Positions 1-8,530 are shown, counted from the stretch's first letter. The stretch is 64,000 bases of DNA from an uncultured Gammaproteobacteria bacterium (GCA_964402565.1 CAYOCJ010000001.1:352079-416078), one strand, 5' to 3'. Notes: a model not told the origin generated them from the letters alone. Program-made: numbers and translations.

Positions 1-133
1 GTACTATACGCTTGGTTTTTTATTTCTTTGGTCCATAGTTACCATCGGCATTATCGACGGCAAGCGCTGGTATCGCCACTGGAATATCTGGCTGAACGTA
101 CTACTATACCTTGTTTCTTCCTTTTTCTTTGTA

Positions 134-670
134 TTGATCATGACCTCATCAGAGCTGCGCCAGCTGTATATCATGCTGGGCGGCGTTGTCGCCGGCGTCC
201 TCGTGTATATGCTTCTGCGATATGCCAAGATTACCAATTTGTTTGAAGCCAAGAATTATCTGCTGGTCATTAGTTTTATACATATCATTACGTTCTGGCA
301 GGTAAGCGCTTTGGTATATTTTATGATGGTGCTTTTCGACGCCAAATTAATGCCTGGCGCTTTTTTGATAGCAGTATTGACCTACGTGCTCGGGCGCGGT
401 AGTATCTTCGATCACGGGCTGAAGAAGAGCTCCGGATGGCTGGTATTAGGAGTATTGGTGCTCACCACGACAGAGTTGAGCTTGTTGCTATCGCTCTTGC
501 CAGTGCACTACTATACGCTTGCGACTCTGCTCACGGTTTGGTTCTTTTTTGTTGTAGAAATGGTCATCGCAGGACAGGAAGTGTCGAGCCGAAAACGTTT
601 GTTTAGAAGCTATACAACTTTTTCATTGATCGTCATGGCGTTGCTTCTTCTTACGGCAACATGGCAATAA
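134..670 (+). CDS. hypothetical polytopic membrane protein
   Basis: ORF track. The sequence is strongly hydrophobic with several predicted TM helices. No catalytic motif was recognised. The true start may lie upstream of the window edge frame. Confidence 0.4.
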   Translation: MIMTSSELRQLYIMLGGVVAGVLVYMLLRYAKITNLFEAKNYLLVISFIHIITFWQVSALVYFMMVLFDAKLMPGAFLIAVLTYVLGRGSIFDHGLKKSSGWLVLGVLVLTTTELSLLLSLLPVHYYTLATLLTVWFFFVVEMVIAGQEVSSRKRLFRSYTTFSLIVMALLLLTATWQ

Positions 671-750
671 TCAACCTTTTTATGGATCAAACATCGTCAG
701 ACATGCAAAAACATTTTGAACGGCCGACGAGCCACAGCCAGGAATTTCCC

Positions 751-1809
751 ATGGTGAAACGTATCATTTTTCTGGTGCTTGTTGTTGCCATTGGCGTTAC
801 CACCGGAGCTCTGGGTTTCATTATCGCAAGCTCTCAATTGCCAATTGCATCGTATATCCCATACCCGTCGAATCTGAACTTCAACCAGCTGCAGCCGCAG
901 ACGACCGGCCGCGTGATTGCCGATGCCGCGGCCGTGGCTAAAGCACAGACTGTAACCATCATTCGATCCCGTATACGGACCAATGATGTATATGATCAAC
1001 AGATCGATCCAGCTGAGATCCTGGGCTCAGGTGTTGCCGCAACATCAGATGGCTGGGTCATGACAATGATACCAGCGGGACAGCTTACGAAAGTTTCGGT
1101 CATAGCGCGCGGCACCATATACGATGCTCAGCGCATATCAACTGACCCGATCACCGGCGTTTCATTCCTCAAGACTGATGTCCGTTTTTTTAACCCGGTG
1201 AATATCAGTGCCGGTGTGAGCGTGGGGGATTCGCTTGTACAAGATGGCGCATCAAATAATGCAGCAGAAAAAACTTCAGTTGCACGAGTTCTTGAGAACG
1301 CATATGCACCGGTGCATGCGAAACTCGACTATATTCGTTCGAGTGATTCGCTCAGCGAATATGTTTTGCTCGAATCGCTATCAGTGCCTTTGCAGGGGCA
1401 GGCATTCTTCACCAGCGATGGACGATTTGCCGGTTTTTCACAGGTAAAAAATAATGAATTGCTTTTGATCCCGGGCGGCATCATCAAACTTGCCTTGGAA
1501 CAGTCACTTCACCAGGAAGTTTCGCGTGATCTCGGGATTTCATACATGGTAACGTACCCAGCTGCTCAGGATGAGGATGCAGAAAGTATCATAGTATTTC
1601 ATCCAACTCGTAGCCCGATAAAACCAGGATCATTGGCAGCTAATGCGGGAATGAAAAAAGGAGATAGTATTCGATCTATAGGAGGCGACACAGTATCAAA
1701 GGTCGCTTCATTTGACTACCTGTGGAAAAAACACCAGCAGGATAGCGGAGGAGTTCAGTTGGTTATCGTTCGCAATGGGGTTGAAGGTCCATTATCAATT
1801 ACTTGGTAA
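751..1809 (+). CDS. membrane-anchored HtrA/DegP-like PDZ-domain protein (possibly catalytically degenerate)
   Basis: ORF 661..1809. The likely ATG is at 751 (MVKRIIFLVL, a TM anchor). Trypsin-fold blocks are present: ILGSGVAATSDGWV, DPITGVSFLKTD, SVGDSLV and FTSDGRF. A C-terminal PDZ-like block is GMKKGDSIRSIGGDTV. The canonical His of the TNnHV block is not evident. Confidence 0.5.
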   Translation: MVKRIIFLVLVVAIGVTTGALGFIIASSQLPIASYIPYPSNLNFNQLQPQTTGRVIADAAAVAKAQTVTIIRSRIRTNDVYDQQIDPAEILGSGVAATSDGWVMTMIPAGQLTKVSVIARGTIYDAQRISTDPITGVSFLKTDVRFFNPVNISAGVSVGDSLVQDGASNNAAEKTSVARVLENAYAPVHAKLDYIRSSDSLSEYVLLESLSVPLQGQAFFTSDGRFAGFSQVKNNELLLIPGGIIKLALEQSLHQEVSRDLGISYMVTYPAAQDEDAESIIVFHPTRSPIKPGSLAANAGMKKGDSIRSIGGDTVSKVASFDYLWKKHQQDSGGVQLVIVRNGVEGPLSITW

Positions 1810-2086
1810 TTGGATCATCTATTGAAGGCGGCCGAGGGCTGAATTTAGGCGCCTGAATTTGCCACTTATCCACAAACTGGCCAATACCGTCTTTTTCGAG
1901 TTTTGCTGCACGACGTTTGTTTTTTTGCGACCATGCGACAAGGCTTTCGAAATGGATCTTGTAACGGTTATTAACCACAATATATCGTAAGTCCTGAGAT
2001 TTGATAGCATCTCGGATCGTTTTGGTAGATACCCCGAAAAGTCGAGCTGCCTCAGAAACTGATACTCTTATTATGTTTTCACTCAT
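1799..2086 (-). CDS. HTH_17 / excisionase-family helix-turn-helix DNA-binding protein
   Basis: 95-aa ORF. An N-terminal HTH (VSEAARLFGVSTKTIRDAIK) is followed by a basic C-terminal tail. The gene is convergent with the upstream gene and overlaps it by 11 nt. A TATACT box lies 13 nt upstream of its ATG on the minus strand. Confidence 0.6.
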   Translation of the reverse strand: MSENIIRVSVSEAARLFGVSTKTIRDAIKSQDLRYIVVNNRYKIHFESLVAWSQKNKRRAAKLEKDGIGQFVDKWQIQAPKFSPRPPSIDDPITK

Positions 2087-2245
2087 GTTAATATTCTACA
2101 CTAGTATAGAGTTATTTTCAATTGTATTATTTGAAAGTGTATATTGGTGTAGAACCTTTATTGTTTTAAATAAATGCATCCTGACCGTTCAGGAAGTATA
2201 TATATTATCAGCTGTGTCTCAAATAACAGCTAAGTACTAAAATAC

Positions 2246-2274
2246 TTTACATTTAGCATCCTATTCTGTATAAT
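2246..2274 (+). promoter_or_regulatory. near-consensus sigma70-type promoter (TTTACA-17nt-TATAAT) directed toward the ECF sigma gene
   Basis: Read directly from sequence: TTTACA at 2246-2251, a 17-nt spacer, then TATAAT at 2269-2274. Confidence 0.5.
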
Positions 2275-2291
2275 ATCCCAACTGTTTAGAT

Positions 2292-2320
2292 AAACTTGTT
2301 TCGTGTGAAACGTCTTGTTT
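2292..2320 (+). promoter_or_regulatory. candidate ECF-type/autoregulatory promoter element (AAACTTGTT TCGTGTGAAAC GTCTTG)
   Basis: The 9-mer AAACTTGTT is followed by GTGTGAAAC. The same 9-mer plus GTGAGTGAAAT recurs at 4309-4335. AACTT resembles the -35 (GGAACTT) of RpoE-like ECF promoters. Confidence 0.3.
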
Positions 2321-2364
2321 CATAGAATAATGACAATTTGCTGAAAATATAGCTAATATTAGAG

Positions 2365-2385
2365 CCTAAGTACTTAGGTCTTTTT
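2365..2385 (+). promoter_or_regulatory. perfect 14-bp palindrome CCTAAGTACTTAGG followed by a TCTTTTT tract (leader attenuator/terminator-like or palindromic operator)
   Basis: Seen in sequence between the sigma70-like promoter and the sigma gene start. The stem is 5-7 bp and the T-run is on the + strand only. Confidence 0.35.
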
Positions 2386-2430
2386 CTATATTAGAGGTGT
2401 AACATTAGGCAGAAAATCGCGACTTACTAT

Positions 2431-2988
2431 ATGAAGGGCATTAAGGATACATTGAAAGAGAAGATTGCGCTTCTGCGTTTACGGCAGGGCGACACTGAAG
2501 CATTCGGCTTCATATACGATTCATATATTGAAAAGATATATCGATATATTTACTTTCGAGTCTCGGATACTGGGCTAGCACACGATATCTCACAGGAAGT
2601 ATTTATCCAGACATGGGAATATATCGTCAGCCAGAATACGATCGATAGTTTACAATCATTTCTGTACCGCGTTGCCTACCATAAGATTGTAGACCACTAT
2701 CGATCAAAAGAACGGCAAGCAGTATTGATCGATGACATCGCGGAGGATATCAAGGCACCGGAAACAGTGAGCAAGGAAATCGATCTGGTTTTTTTAAGAA
2801 AGAACATTGCCAAGCTGAAACAAGAGTATCAGGACGTATTGCTTCTCAGGCACGTTGAAGGACTTTCGATAGCTGAGATAGCAGACATTATAGAGAAAGA
2901 ATCAACGAATGTGCGCGTGCTGCTGCATCGAGCAACGGCAGCGCTGAAAGAGGCGTACGACAGTCCGCAGACCAACAATAAGCATTGA
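2431..2988 (+). CDS. RNA polymerase sigma-70 family ECF sigma factor
   Basis: 185 aa. Region 2 reads FIYDSYIEKIYRYIYFRV and region 4 reads LLLRHVEGLSIAEIADII..VRVLLHRATAALK, which is an HTH. The size is typical of ECF sigmas. Confidence 0.85.
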   Translation: MKGIKDTLKEKIALLRLRQGDTEAFGFIYDSYIEKIYRYIYFRVSDTGLAHDISQEVFIQTWEYIVSQNTIDSLQSFLYRVAYHKIVDHYRSKERQAVLIDDIAEDIKAPETVSKEIDLVFLRKNIAKLKQEYQDVLLLRHVEGLSIAEIADIIEKESTNVRVLLHRATAALKEAYDSPQTNNKH

Positions 2989-2989
2989 A

Positions 2990-4288
2990 ATGAATTTTAA
3001 TCAACACATCTCGAAGTTAAAGAAACTGCCAGAAGTTAATCTGGATAAGCAAAGCATTCTTTTGGGGAAGCATCAGTTGCTTGCTGAAATTAATAATCGC
3101 CAGGATTCCCGCGCTGGCGCTATTTTGACTTGGGCTGAGGCGTTCCGTTTTATGTGGCTTCGGATGCTGCGCAAGATCGTTCCGGCTGAGCGCGTTGTCA
3201 TTGCAGGTCTATTGGTCATTACACTTACGGTATCTTCGACCTATATGGCGCAAGCTGCAGTTCCTGGAGATATTCTCTGGCCACTGAAGCTGACCTATGA
3301 GAAAGCAGAGATCGCCTTAGCGACGGACGCAGCCTCAGAAGGGCGCATCCATATCCGGCATGCTGATAATCGCTTGAAAGAATTGACCGTCATAGCTGCC
3401 CGGCCGAATACCCCTGAGAAGAGCAAGAATATTTCTCAGCTGGTCCGGCGTTTAGAGAAAGATATTACTGCAGCAGACCAAAGTCTAAAGCTTACTAAGG
3501 AAGAAAAGAAAGACAGCGAGCCGCAGGTGATCATGGCTCTCGCACAGGATCTCAGCGACACCGCGTTGCAAGCGGCGACTGCTTTGAACGAAAATCATGA
3601 TCTCTTGGGAACAGATGCAGGGCAAGGATCAGAGCAAGGGCTTGCCGGGAGCGATGTCCTTGCAACAAGCACTGATGCGGCCGTGAGCACCGGAAGCCAG
3701 AATTCGTCCACGGTCCCGACCTCAACGGCGCTGTTAGACTCGACTGAGAATGAGAACGCAACTGCTGCAACCGAAGCAGCAAAAGTAGTTGCCGAAGTGC
3801 AGGCGGTCAATATTGAAGTTTCATACACGGCTCTGAGCGCTATGATCGAAGTGATCGAAGCTCCTGGGTCTGTCGTCAACCGTACCGAAGTTAATCGTCT
3901 CATGCAGCAGAAAGTCACCGGGCTTGCCAGCCGTCTGCCGGCATTGCAGGAGAAAATAGCGTTAGTTGACGACGATTATCTTCTGCATCGTAATGAGTTG
4001 AAATCACTATTGAAAAAAACGACTGAAGCATTAGGACTGGCAGGCGATTTGATCAAGCTCGATAACCTCAGCGGCTCATTTAAACAGACGCAGGATGCGA
4101 AAGATATGATGAGCAGCATGGATGAGCTGCTTGATGAGGTTGCAAGCGGCAATGGTTTTAATAAGCCAAAACCGAAAGTCGAACCACCAGCATTGCTCAA
4201 ACCAACGCCAGTAGGCCAGGTAAAGATCCAGAGCGTTGATGATCCAAATCAAGATGCAGCAGTGATAGATCCGGTCGTTACTGAATAG
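2990..4288 (+). CDS. DUF5667-like membrane protein, putative anti-sigma factor partner
   Basis: Its start is 1 nt after the sigma stop. A single TM helix (VVIAGLLVITLTV) is followed by PGDILWPLKLTYEKAEIAL, which is DUF5667-like, and a long coiled-coil-like extracytoplasmic region rich in A/E/K/T. Confidence 0.55.
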   Translation: MNFNQHISKLKKLPEVNLDKQSILLGKHQLLAEINNRQDSRAGAILTWAEAFRFMWLRMLRKIVPAERVVIAGLLVITLTVSSTYMAQAAVPGDILWPLKLTYEKAEIALATDAASEGRIHIRHADNRLKELTVIAARPNTPEKSKNISQLVRRLEKDITAADQSLKLTKEEKKDSEPQVIMALAQDLSDTALQAATALNENHDLLGTDAGQGSEQGLAGSDVLATSTDAAVSTGSQNSSTVPTSTALLDSTENENATAATEAAKVVAEVQAVNIEVSYTALSAMIEVIEAPGSVVNRTEVNRLMQQKVTGLASRLPALQEKIALVDDDYLLHRNELKSLLKKTTEALGLAGDLIKLDNLSGSFKQTQDAKDMMSSMDELLDEVASGNGFNKPKPKVEPPALLKPTPVGQVKIQSVDDPNQDAAVIDPVVTE

Positions 4289-4308
4289 CGTTATTTTCGT
4301 TTGTTAGA

Positions 4309-4335
4309 AAACTTGTTCTTTGTGAGTGAAATTAA
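4309..4335 (+). promoter_or_regulatory. second copy of AAACTTGTT..GTGAGTGAAAT motif (candidate ECF-dependent promoter of the surface-protein gene)
   Basis: AAACTTGTT is at 4309-4317, followed by CTTTGTGAGTGAAAT. It lies 20 nt after the anti-sigma-like stop codon. Confidence 0.3.
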
Positions 4336-4771
4336 TCAGCAGGTAAACGGGCACACCCATGCTTGCCGCAGTACTAGTTAAGGACGCGAAGCGCTGAAAT
4401 TCGCTTCGGCGATTTGCGCCCTTAACTAAATGTACTTTTAGACCCACGGTCTGAAGGAGCGTTTGGAAACGCTTATGCGCGCGTACATAAGGGGAACGTT
4501 TACTTTCCTTTGCACAGTGTACACTGGCAAAGGGTCTAACTCGCGTTCATTGCGAAACTATCGTCCAGAACGCTGAAGTGTCGCTCCATTAGGTTGTGTC
4601 CCCGACATTACGTCGGGGGTGTCAGCAAGGTCGACTCCGTAACAACGGAGGGCCGCAATACTAATGAACCTCTGCATACAAGCAGAGCCACGCTGTGCCT
4701 ATCGGCATAGGGCGGAGGGTGTACTTTAGTGGGATCGTAGGCGCAATCGAACGACTAAGAAAAAGAACTAA
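4336..4771 (+). ncRNA. long ORF-free, hairpin-dense region: candidate structured 5' leader or novel cis-regulatory/non-coding RNA preceding the giant surface-protein gene
   Basis: No ORF of at least 60 aa in any frame across about 480 nt. At least 8 clean hairpins are visible. Examples are AGUUAAGG..CCUUAACU enclosing GCGAAGCG..CGCUUCG, CCCCGAC-AUUA-CGUCGGGG, CUCCGUAACAACGGAG, CUCUGCAUACAAGCAGAG, GCCUAUCGGCAUAGGG, AGCGUUUGGAAACGCU and CAGUGUACACUG. Confidence 0.4.
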
Positions 4772-7700
4772 ATGAATCTACTCAAGAAAGTTTCATTGAG
4801 CGCATTGATGTTCGTAACAGTGTTCAGCATTGGCGGTTTTGGCTCTGTCAAAATGGCTCATGCAGCGACTCTCATGGCGGGTGATCTCGTCAAGGGACCG
4901 AATTCGGACGCTGTCTACTACATTGACGGCACGATGAAGCACGTATTCCCTGACAAGGGAACGTACATGACGTGGTACAGCAATTTCGATGCAGTGAAAA
5001 AAGTAACTGTAGCGGACTTGGACATGTACTCAACTGGTTCTGCAGTAGCATACCGCCCAGGTACCTATCTGGTGAAAACACCGGACAGTGCTTTCGTGTA
5101 TGCAGTCGAACCAGGCGGCAAGTTGCGCAAGATCCCATCTGAGAGCGTAGCAATGGCTCTCTATGGCTCTAGCTGGGCAAAATGGATCCGGGATATTCAT
5201 CCTCTGACCATGAGCACCACCTATGCCGTGACTTCCAATGATATGACCGCTGCCGCTCCTTCAGTCGGCACGGTCTTACAGAAGACTGGTGATTCAACCA
5301 TCTACTACTTTGATGGTACGAATATCCGTCCGTTTGCATCCTCAGCAGCATTTGATGCGAATAACCTGAACTGGGACTACGTGGTCAAGGTTTCATCCTT
5401 GGGCACCTGGACCGTCGGTTCTTCAATCACTGGCGCTGAGACCTTTGCAACGATTTCAGGTGTTGGTACAAGCGTCGTCACCGGTCCTGCCGGTAATTTG
5501 ACGGTAGCTTTGTCACCAAACACTCCAGCTGCGAATGGTATTCTCCTTGGTGGCGCTGCACGCGTTCCAATGACGACCGTTCGTTTGACCGCCGGCAGCA
5601 CCCCGGTGATCATCGATTCTTTGACGATCGAGCGAAAGGGTGTTGCAAGTGATTCTGAATTCGCAAGCTTTGATTTGCTCGATGGTAACACCATGTTGCC
5701 GTTGAATGATTCAAGCAAGTCTTTGAACTCGAATCACCAGGCTGTGTTCAATGATGACATCACCGTTCCTGCGAATGCATCGTGGGATGTGATCGTCTCA
5801 GCAAACATGGCTGCTGATCTTTCTGCTGTCGCTGGCGAATACCCAGTGATCTCAGTTGCAGGTATGGTCTTGAAGAACAATTCAACCATGTCAGGCACTT
5901 TGCCGATCATGGGTAATGTCTTCTTGTCGAACGGTACTATTACCGTCGGTACCGCAACTATTGCTTCAGGTTCAAACAACCCATCAGCAGTAACCAAGCA
6001 GGTTGGTCAGAAAGATTACATCGTTACGTCCATCAAGGTTACCAATAATTCGAGTGCTACTGGTCAGAACATGACTTTGAAGTCTGTGACCTTCACGAAC
6101 AATGGTTCTACGTCACCAACTGACGTTGCAAACCTGCGCTTGGTGAACTCGAATACGGGTGTTACCTTGGGAACTATGGCAACGGTAACTGGCGACAAGG
6201 TCAGCTTCACGAATTTGAACCTTCCAATCTTGAAGGGTAACAATGTGAACCTCGATCTTAAGCTTGATATCGTTGGCGGTTCTGGTCGTACTATCGATTA
6301 TGATGTCCAGAAGCAGGGAGATGTCGTCGTCTTCGACGAACTCCGTGGCTACAACGTCTTACCGACCTATCCAAATTCTTCAGAGCCATACTTCAACGCA
6401 GCAGCAGCTACGGTGGATAATGGCCATCTCCGCATTGAGTCTGTAGCAGTTGCTACTCAGACCATTCAGGAGAACAAGAACGGCGTTTTGATCGGTAAGT
6501 TCAAGTTCGTCGTCGAAGGTGAGCCGATCAACATTACTCGCCTTCCGATCAAGACTATCTTGAACACTTCAACGGCTGGTGCGAATATCACTGATATTAC
6601 CAACATCACCTTGAAGGATCCGGCTGGAATGGCTGTTGTTTCAGGACAGGATCCGACTTCAAATGGTTGGAGTGCAAACTCGAACTCAGATCAGGTCGGT
6701 ACTGCAACGACAACTGACACCTTCACTGCTCCTATCGGTGAAACCGTGTATTCTGTCTACGCAGACTTGTCTAGCGACTTCAGTGCGAACGACACGATCC
6801 AGACTCAGATCAACCCGGCAATGGTAATTGCAAAGGGTGATACGACTGGCGATACCTTGACGAACTCAACCGACATCACTCCGACTGTTGACGTAACTGG
6901 TTCAACCATGACCGTCAAATCAGTCGACTTGAATGTTTCTGTTTCTTCTTCACCAGCTGCTCAGACCTTGGTCGCGGGCGCTTCTGAAGTCGAAGTCGCA
7001 GACATCGTTCTCGACGCAGCAACTTCAGGCTCTGATGTTCGTGTGACTCAGTTCAAGATCCCGGTCAAGACGACTGCCCCGGTATTCCCGGACATCGTCA
7101 CGAGCTTCAAGATCTATGTTGGCGGAGTGCAAGTTCCAGTTGATTCAACTTCAACTTCGTACTCAACCGCAGGCTCAACCGCAGGCGGCAACGCTACCAC
7201 CACTTTGACCATCGCAACTGGCAATCTCACTATTCCAGCACTTCAGTCCAAGACCGTAGTGATCAAGGCGAATATTGGAACTGGTGCGACCAGCGGCTCA
7301 TTCAAAGTCGGTTCACAGGTTGATTCGATCACCGCAATTGACTCTGAAGGCCAGACCTTCACCCCAGATTACACACCAAATGACGGTCAATCGATGACCT
7401 TGTCAGGCGGCGGTATCTTGAACATCTCGAATGCAACTGATCCTCGCGCAGGCATGGTTGTCGGTAACACAACGACTGTTGTCGGCCAGTTCACCGCTCA
7501 GGCGAAGAACGACACGATCAAGTTGAATTCATTCGGATTCACGATCCAGGCACCTGATCAGGGTCGCCAGGGCACAACTATCGCAGACCAGTTGAATGGT
7601 CTCGAAGTTTGGGAACTGGGCGGCGGATCAGCCTTGGGCACCGCTTTGGTGACAGGAAATAACGCAACCGTTACTCCTTCATCACCGATTAGCTTGTCCA

Positions 7701-8530
7701 TCAACTCGTCGAAGACCTACGTGGTCAAGGCGAACTGGAAGCTTATTGACCACTTGACCTCACCAGCAGTATCTGGCGGCGGTCTCAAGGTCAATATGAC
7801 CAACGTTGATACGACAGGTCAGGCAGCTGGTTCTTCAACGGTAACGTTGAACGGAAACGGCACAGCCTTCAATACTCAGAGCTCGTTCTTGTCGACTCCG
7901 ACCGTAACGTTGGATTCTGCATCGAACACGATCTCGGGTTCTGGTGTCTTTGATCTCTTCAAGTTCCACATCACGCCAAGCGCAGGCGGTCCAGTCGGTA
8001 TTGCCAAGCTCAGCTTCGGCATCACGACTTCGACGGTCAGCGTTGCGGGTGGCGGATTCCAGCTCTATCAGTCTGATTCATCAGGCTCACAGGGTAACTT
8101 GATCTCAGGTAATACTGACTTCAAGTCTATCTTCGCTGGAACTGCTGGTTCAAAGTCACTTGTTGCTGAAGCTCGTATGGATAACTCCGATACGAACAGC
8201 TACAACACGACTGACTCTGGTGAGAACTTCTACTTCTCTGGTACGAAGTACTTCACCTTGCGCGGTACGATCTCAGGTCACACTGGATCCAGTACTGACA
8301 GCGAAAGCGTCGCAACGGTCCTTGCTGGTGATGCAGCATATGCCAGCTCGAGCCTTGTGAACTATGCAGCAGTCGACGGAACAGACACTGGATTGGATGA
8401 CTTCATCTGGTCCGATCTGAACTTTGACCTTAACTCAACAACTGCTACGCAGAACTTGGGTTGGTTCAATGGATTCCGTGTACCGGGCTTGGATAACAAC
8501 TCAACGACTGCAGAAACGATCAGTGGTTAA
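4772..8530 (+). CDS. giant secreted Thr/Ser/Gly/Asn-rich cell-surface protein (S-layer/adhesin-like) with N-terminal tandem repeats
   Basis: 1252 aa. The signal peptide is MNLLKKVSLSALMFVTVFSIGGFGSVKMAHA. Repeated units include VYYIDGTMKHVFP, VYAVEPGGKLRKIPS and IYYFDGTNIRPFAS. No Cys is apparent. Numerous NxS/T sequons are present, and the long beta-rich T/S/G stretches are typical of Ig-like surface arrays. Confidence 0.7.
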   Translation: MNLLKKVSLSALMFVTVFSIGGFGSVKMAHAATLMAGDLVKGPNSDAVYYIDGTMKHVFPDKGTYMTWYSNFDAVKKVTVADLDMYSTGSAVAYRPGTYLVKTPDSAFVYAVEPGGKLRKIPSESVAMALYGSSWAKWIRDIHPLTMSTTYAVTSNDMTAAAPSVGTVLQKTGDSTIYYFDGTNIRPFASSAAFDANNLNWDYVVKVSSLGTWTVGSSITGAETFATISGVGTSVVTGPAGNLTVALSPNTPAANGILLGGAARVPMTTVRLTAGSTPVIIDSLTIERKGVASDSEFASFDLLDGNTMLPLNDSSKSLNSNHQAVFNDDITVPANASWDVIVSANMAADLSAVAGEYPVISVAGMVLKNNSTMSGTLPIMGNVFLSNGTITVGTATIASGSNNPSAVTKQVGQKDYIVTSIKVTNNSSATGQNMTLKSVTFTNNGSTSPTDVANLRLVNSNTGVTLGTMATVTGDKVSFTNLNLPILKGNNVNLDLKLDIVGGSGRTIDYDVQKQGDVVVFDELRGYNVLPTYPNSSEPYFNAAAATVDNGHLRIESVAVATQTIQENKNGVLIGKFKFVVEGEPINITRLPIKTILNTSTAGANITDITNITLKDPAGMAVVSGQDPTSNGWSANSNSDQVGTATTTDTFTAPIGETVYSVYADLSSDFSANDTIQTQINPAMVIAKGDTTGDTLTNSTDITPTVDVTGSTMTVKSVDLNVSVSSSPAAQTLVAGASEVEVADIVLDAATSGSDVRVTQFKIPVKTTAPVFPDIVTSFKIYVGGVQVPVDSTSTSYSTAGSTAGGNATTTLTIATGNLTIPALQSKTVVIKANIGTGATSGSFKVGSQVDSITAIDSEGQTFTPDYTPNDGQSMTLSGGGILNISNATDPRAGMVVGNTTTVVGQFTAQAKNDTIKLNSFGFTIQAPDQGRQGTTIADQLNGLEVWELGGGSALGTALVTGNNATVTPSSPISLSINSSKTYVVKANWKLIDHLTSPAVSGGGLKVNMTNVDTTGQAAGSSTVTLNGNGTAFNTQSSFLSTPTVTLDSASNTISGSGVFDLFKFHITPSAGGPVGIAKLSFGITTSTVSVAGGGFQLYQSDSSGSQGNLISGNTDFKSIFAGTAGSKSLVAEARMDNSDTNSYNTTDSGENFYFSGTKYFTLRGTISGHTGSSTDSESVATVLAGDAAYASSSLVNYAAVDGTDTGLDDFIWSDLNFDLNSTTATQNLGWFNGFRVPGLDNNSTTAETISG

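Noticed and set aside
4-252. Minus-strand ORF of 82 aa at the window start
   Set aside because: It overlaps the hydrophobic + strand membrane-protein ORF and has no recognisable features. It is probably spurious.
1799-2430. Possible integrative mobile element suggested by the HTH_17/excisionase-family protein and the AT-rich 340-nt spacer
   Set aside because: There is no integrase, recombinase, transposase, tRNA or direct repeats anywhere in the window. Stand-alone HTH_17 proteins are common regulators.
4326-4360. GAGUGAAAUUAAUCAGCAGGUAAACGGGCACACC resembles the GGUGAAA..GGUAAGAGCGCACC region of bacterial RNase P RNA
   Set aside because: The obligatory P4 strands (GGAAAGUCCGGGC near the 5' end and ACAGAAnCCGGCUUA near the 3' end) are absent on either strand, and there is no room 5' of the motif. 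This is most likely a chance resemblance within a structured leader.
4617-4771. GGGGGUGUCAGCAAGGUCGAC resembles the tmRNA 5' end (GGGGnnGnnnnGGAUUCGAC)
   Set aside because: No tRNA-like 3' domain (GGUUCGAnUCC...CCA) follows on either strand. No ANDENYALAA-type tag frame ends in a stop. The 3' part would lie inside the well-supported surface-protein CDS.
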